64,000 nt of DNA from Desulfomonilia bacterium (GTDB taxonomy: Bacteria; Desulfobacterota; Desulfomonilia; UBA1062), in the NCBI GenBank assembly GCA_963664325.2, contig CAXXDQ010000003.1, positions 96,001 through 160,000 on the forward strand. Direction: 5' to 3'. The translations under genes were made by a program, and so were the position numbers. Positions 63,638 through 64,000 of the stretch are shown piece after piece; the stretch's first letter is position 1; every line of letters begins with the position of its first letter. Under the pieces are notes generated by a model. That model had not been told where the DNA came from. It was given only the letters and a program-made list of their open reading frames with translations, and made no database searches.

Positions 63638-64000
63638 ATGAAAGACTCTGTTGTCGATGTCGAGTTCGGTCCTGTCACCATGATTGAGCTTAACCGGCCG
63701 GAGGTCATAAACAGCCTGAACCTTGAGATGGTGAGGCTCATAAGGACTGCTCTCATTGAGGCTGAAGCAAGGCCCGACTGCCGTGCGATAATGTTTACCG
63801 GCGCAGGCAAACGGGGGTTTTGCGCAGGCGGGGACATCAGGGCCTTATGGTCTCAGGTCAAAGAGGGATATGTCAAAGAAGCAGGGAACTTTTTCAAAGA
63901 GGAATACACCCTTGATCTGCTTATCCATGAATATCCTAAGGCGGTTATCGTGGTTGCCGACGGCGTGGTCATGGGCGGAGGTCTCGGCATTGCCGCAGGC
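63638..64000 (+). CDS. Enoyl-CoA hydratase/3-hydroxyisobutyryl-CoA hydrolase family, 3'-truncated by window edge
   Basis: Manual translation: LNRPEVINSLN, FCAGGDIR, FFKEEY, DGVVMGGGLG. Confidence 0.88.
   Translation, partial: MKDSVVDVEFGPVTMIELNRPEVINSLNLEMVRLIRTALIEAEARPDCRAIMFTGAGKRGFCAGGDIRALWSQVKEGYVKEAGNFFKEEYTLDLLIHEYPKAVIVVADGVVMGGGLGIAAG

Noticed and set aside
63522-63638. 38-codon ORF overlapping the crotonase start (TAATG)
   Set aside because: No RBS or motif; insufficient evidence

Overview
Bacterial chromosomal window. Gene content (Re-citrate synthase-like enzyme with Cache tail, 4-subunit 2-oxoacid:ferredoxin oxidoreductase, sigma54 regulator, acyl-CoA metabolism, many Fe-S proteins) suggests an anaerobic Desulfobacterota/deltaproteobacterium (inference). 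1-17.5 kb is mostly housekeeping (larA-like, trmO-like, hisS, aspS, icd, rpsT, rarA, two-component system). 17.5-37.7 kb is a patchwork accessory region (katG, lipoproteins, clpB, hydrolases, an AT-rich clostripain island). 37.7-64 kb holds metabolic and regulatory genes. I saw no rRNA, tRNA, CRISPR array, integrase or transposase. The strongest signals missed by the ORF track are: (i) two paralogous ~50-aa basic ORFs with an ArfA-like ribosome-rescue motif (30358-30501, 32223-32390); (ii) a DUF1573 lipoprotein split by an in-frame TGA at its Cys motif, a candidate selenoprotein with a C-U-G motif (54015-54725); (iii) a candidate sigma28-dependent sRNA with anti-Shine-Dalgarno segments (about 10212-10285), 11 nt of which are complementary to the start region of the cardiolipin synthase gene; (iv) highly structured, inverted-repeat-bounded elements placed right after stop codons. 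All family assignments come from motif recognition by eye, not database searches.
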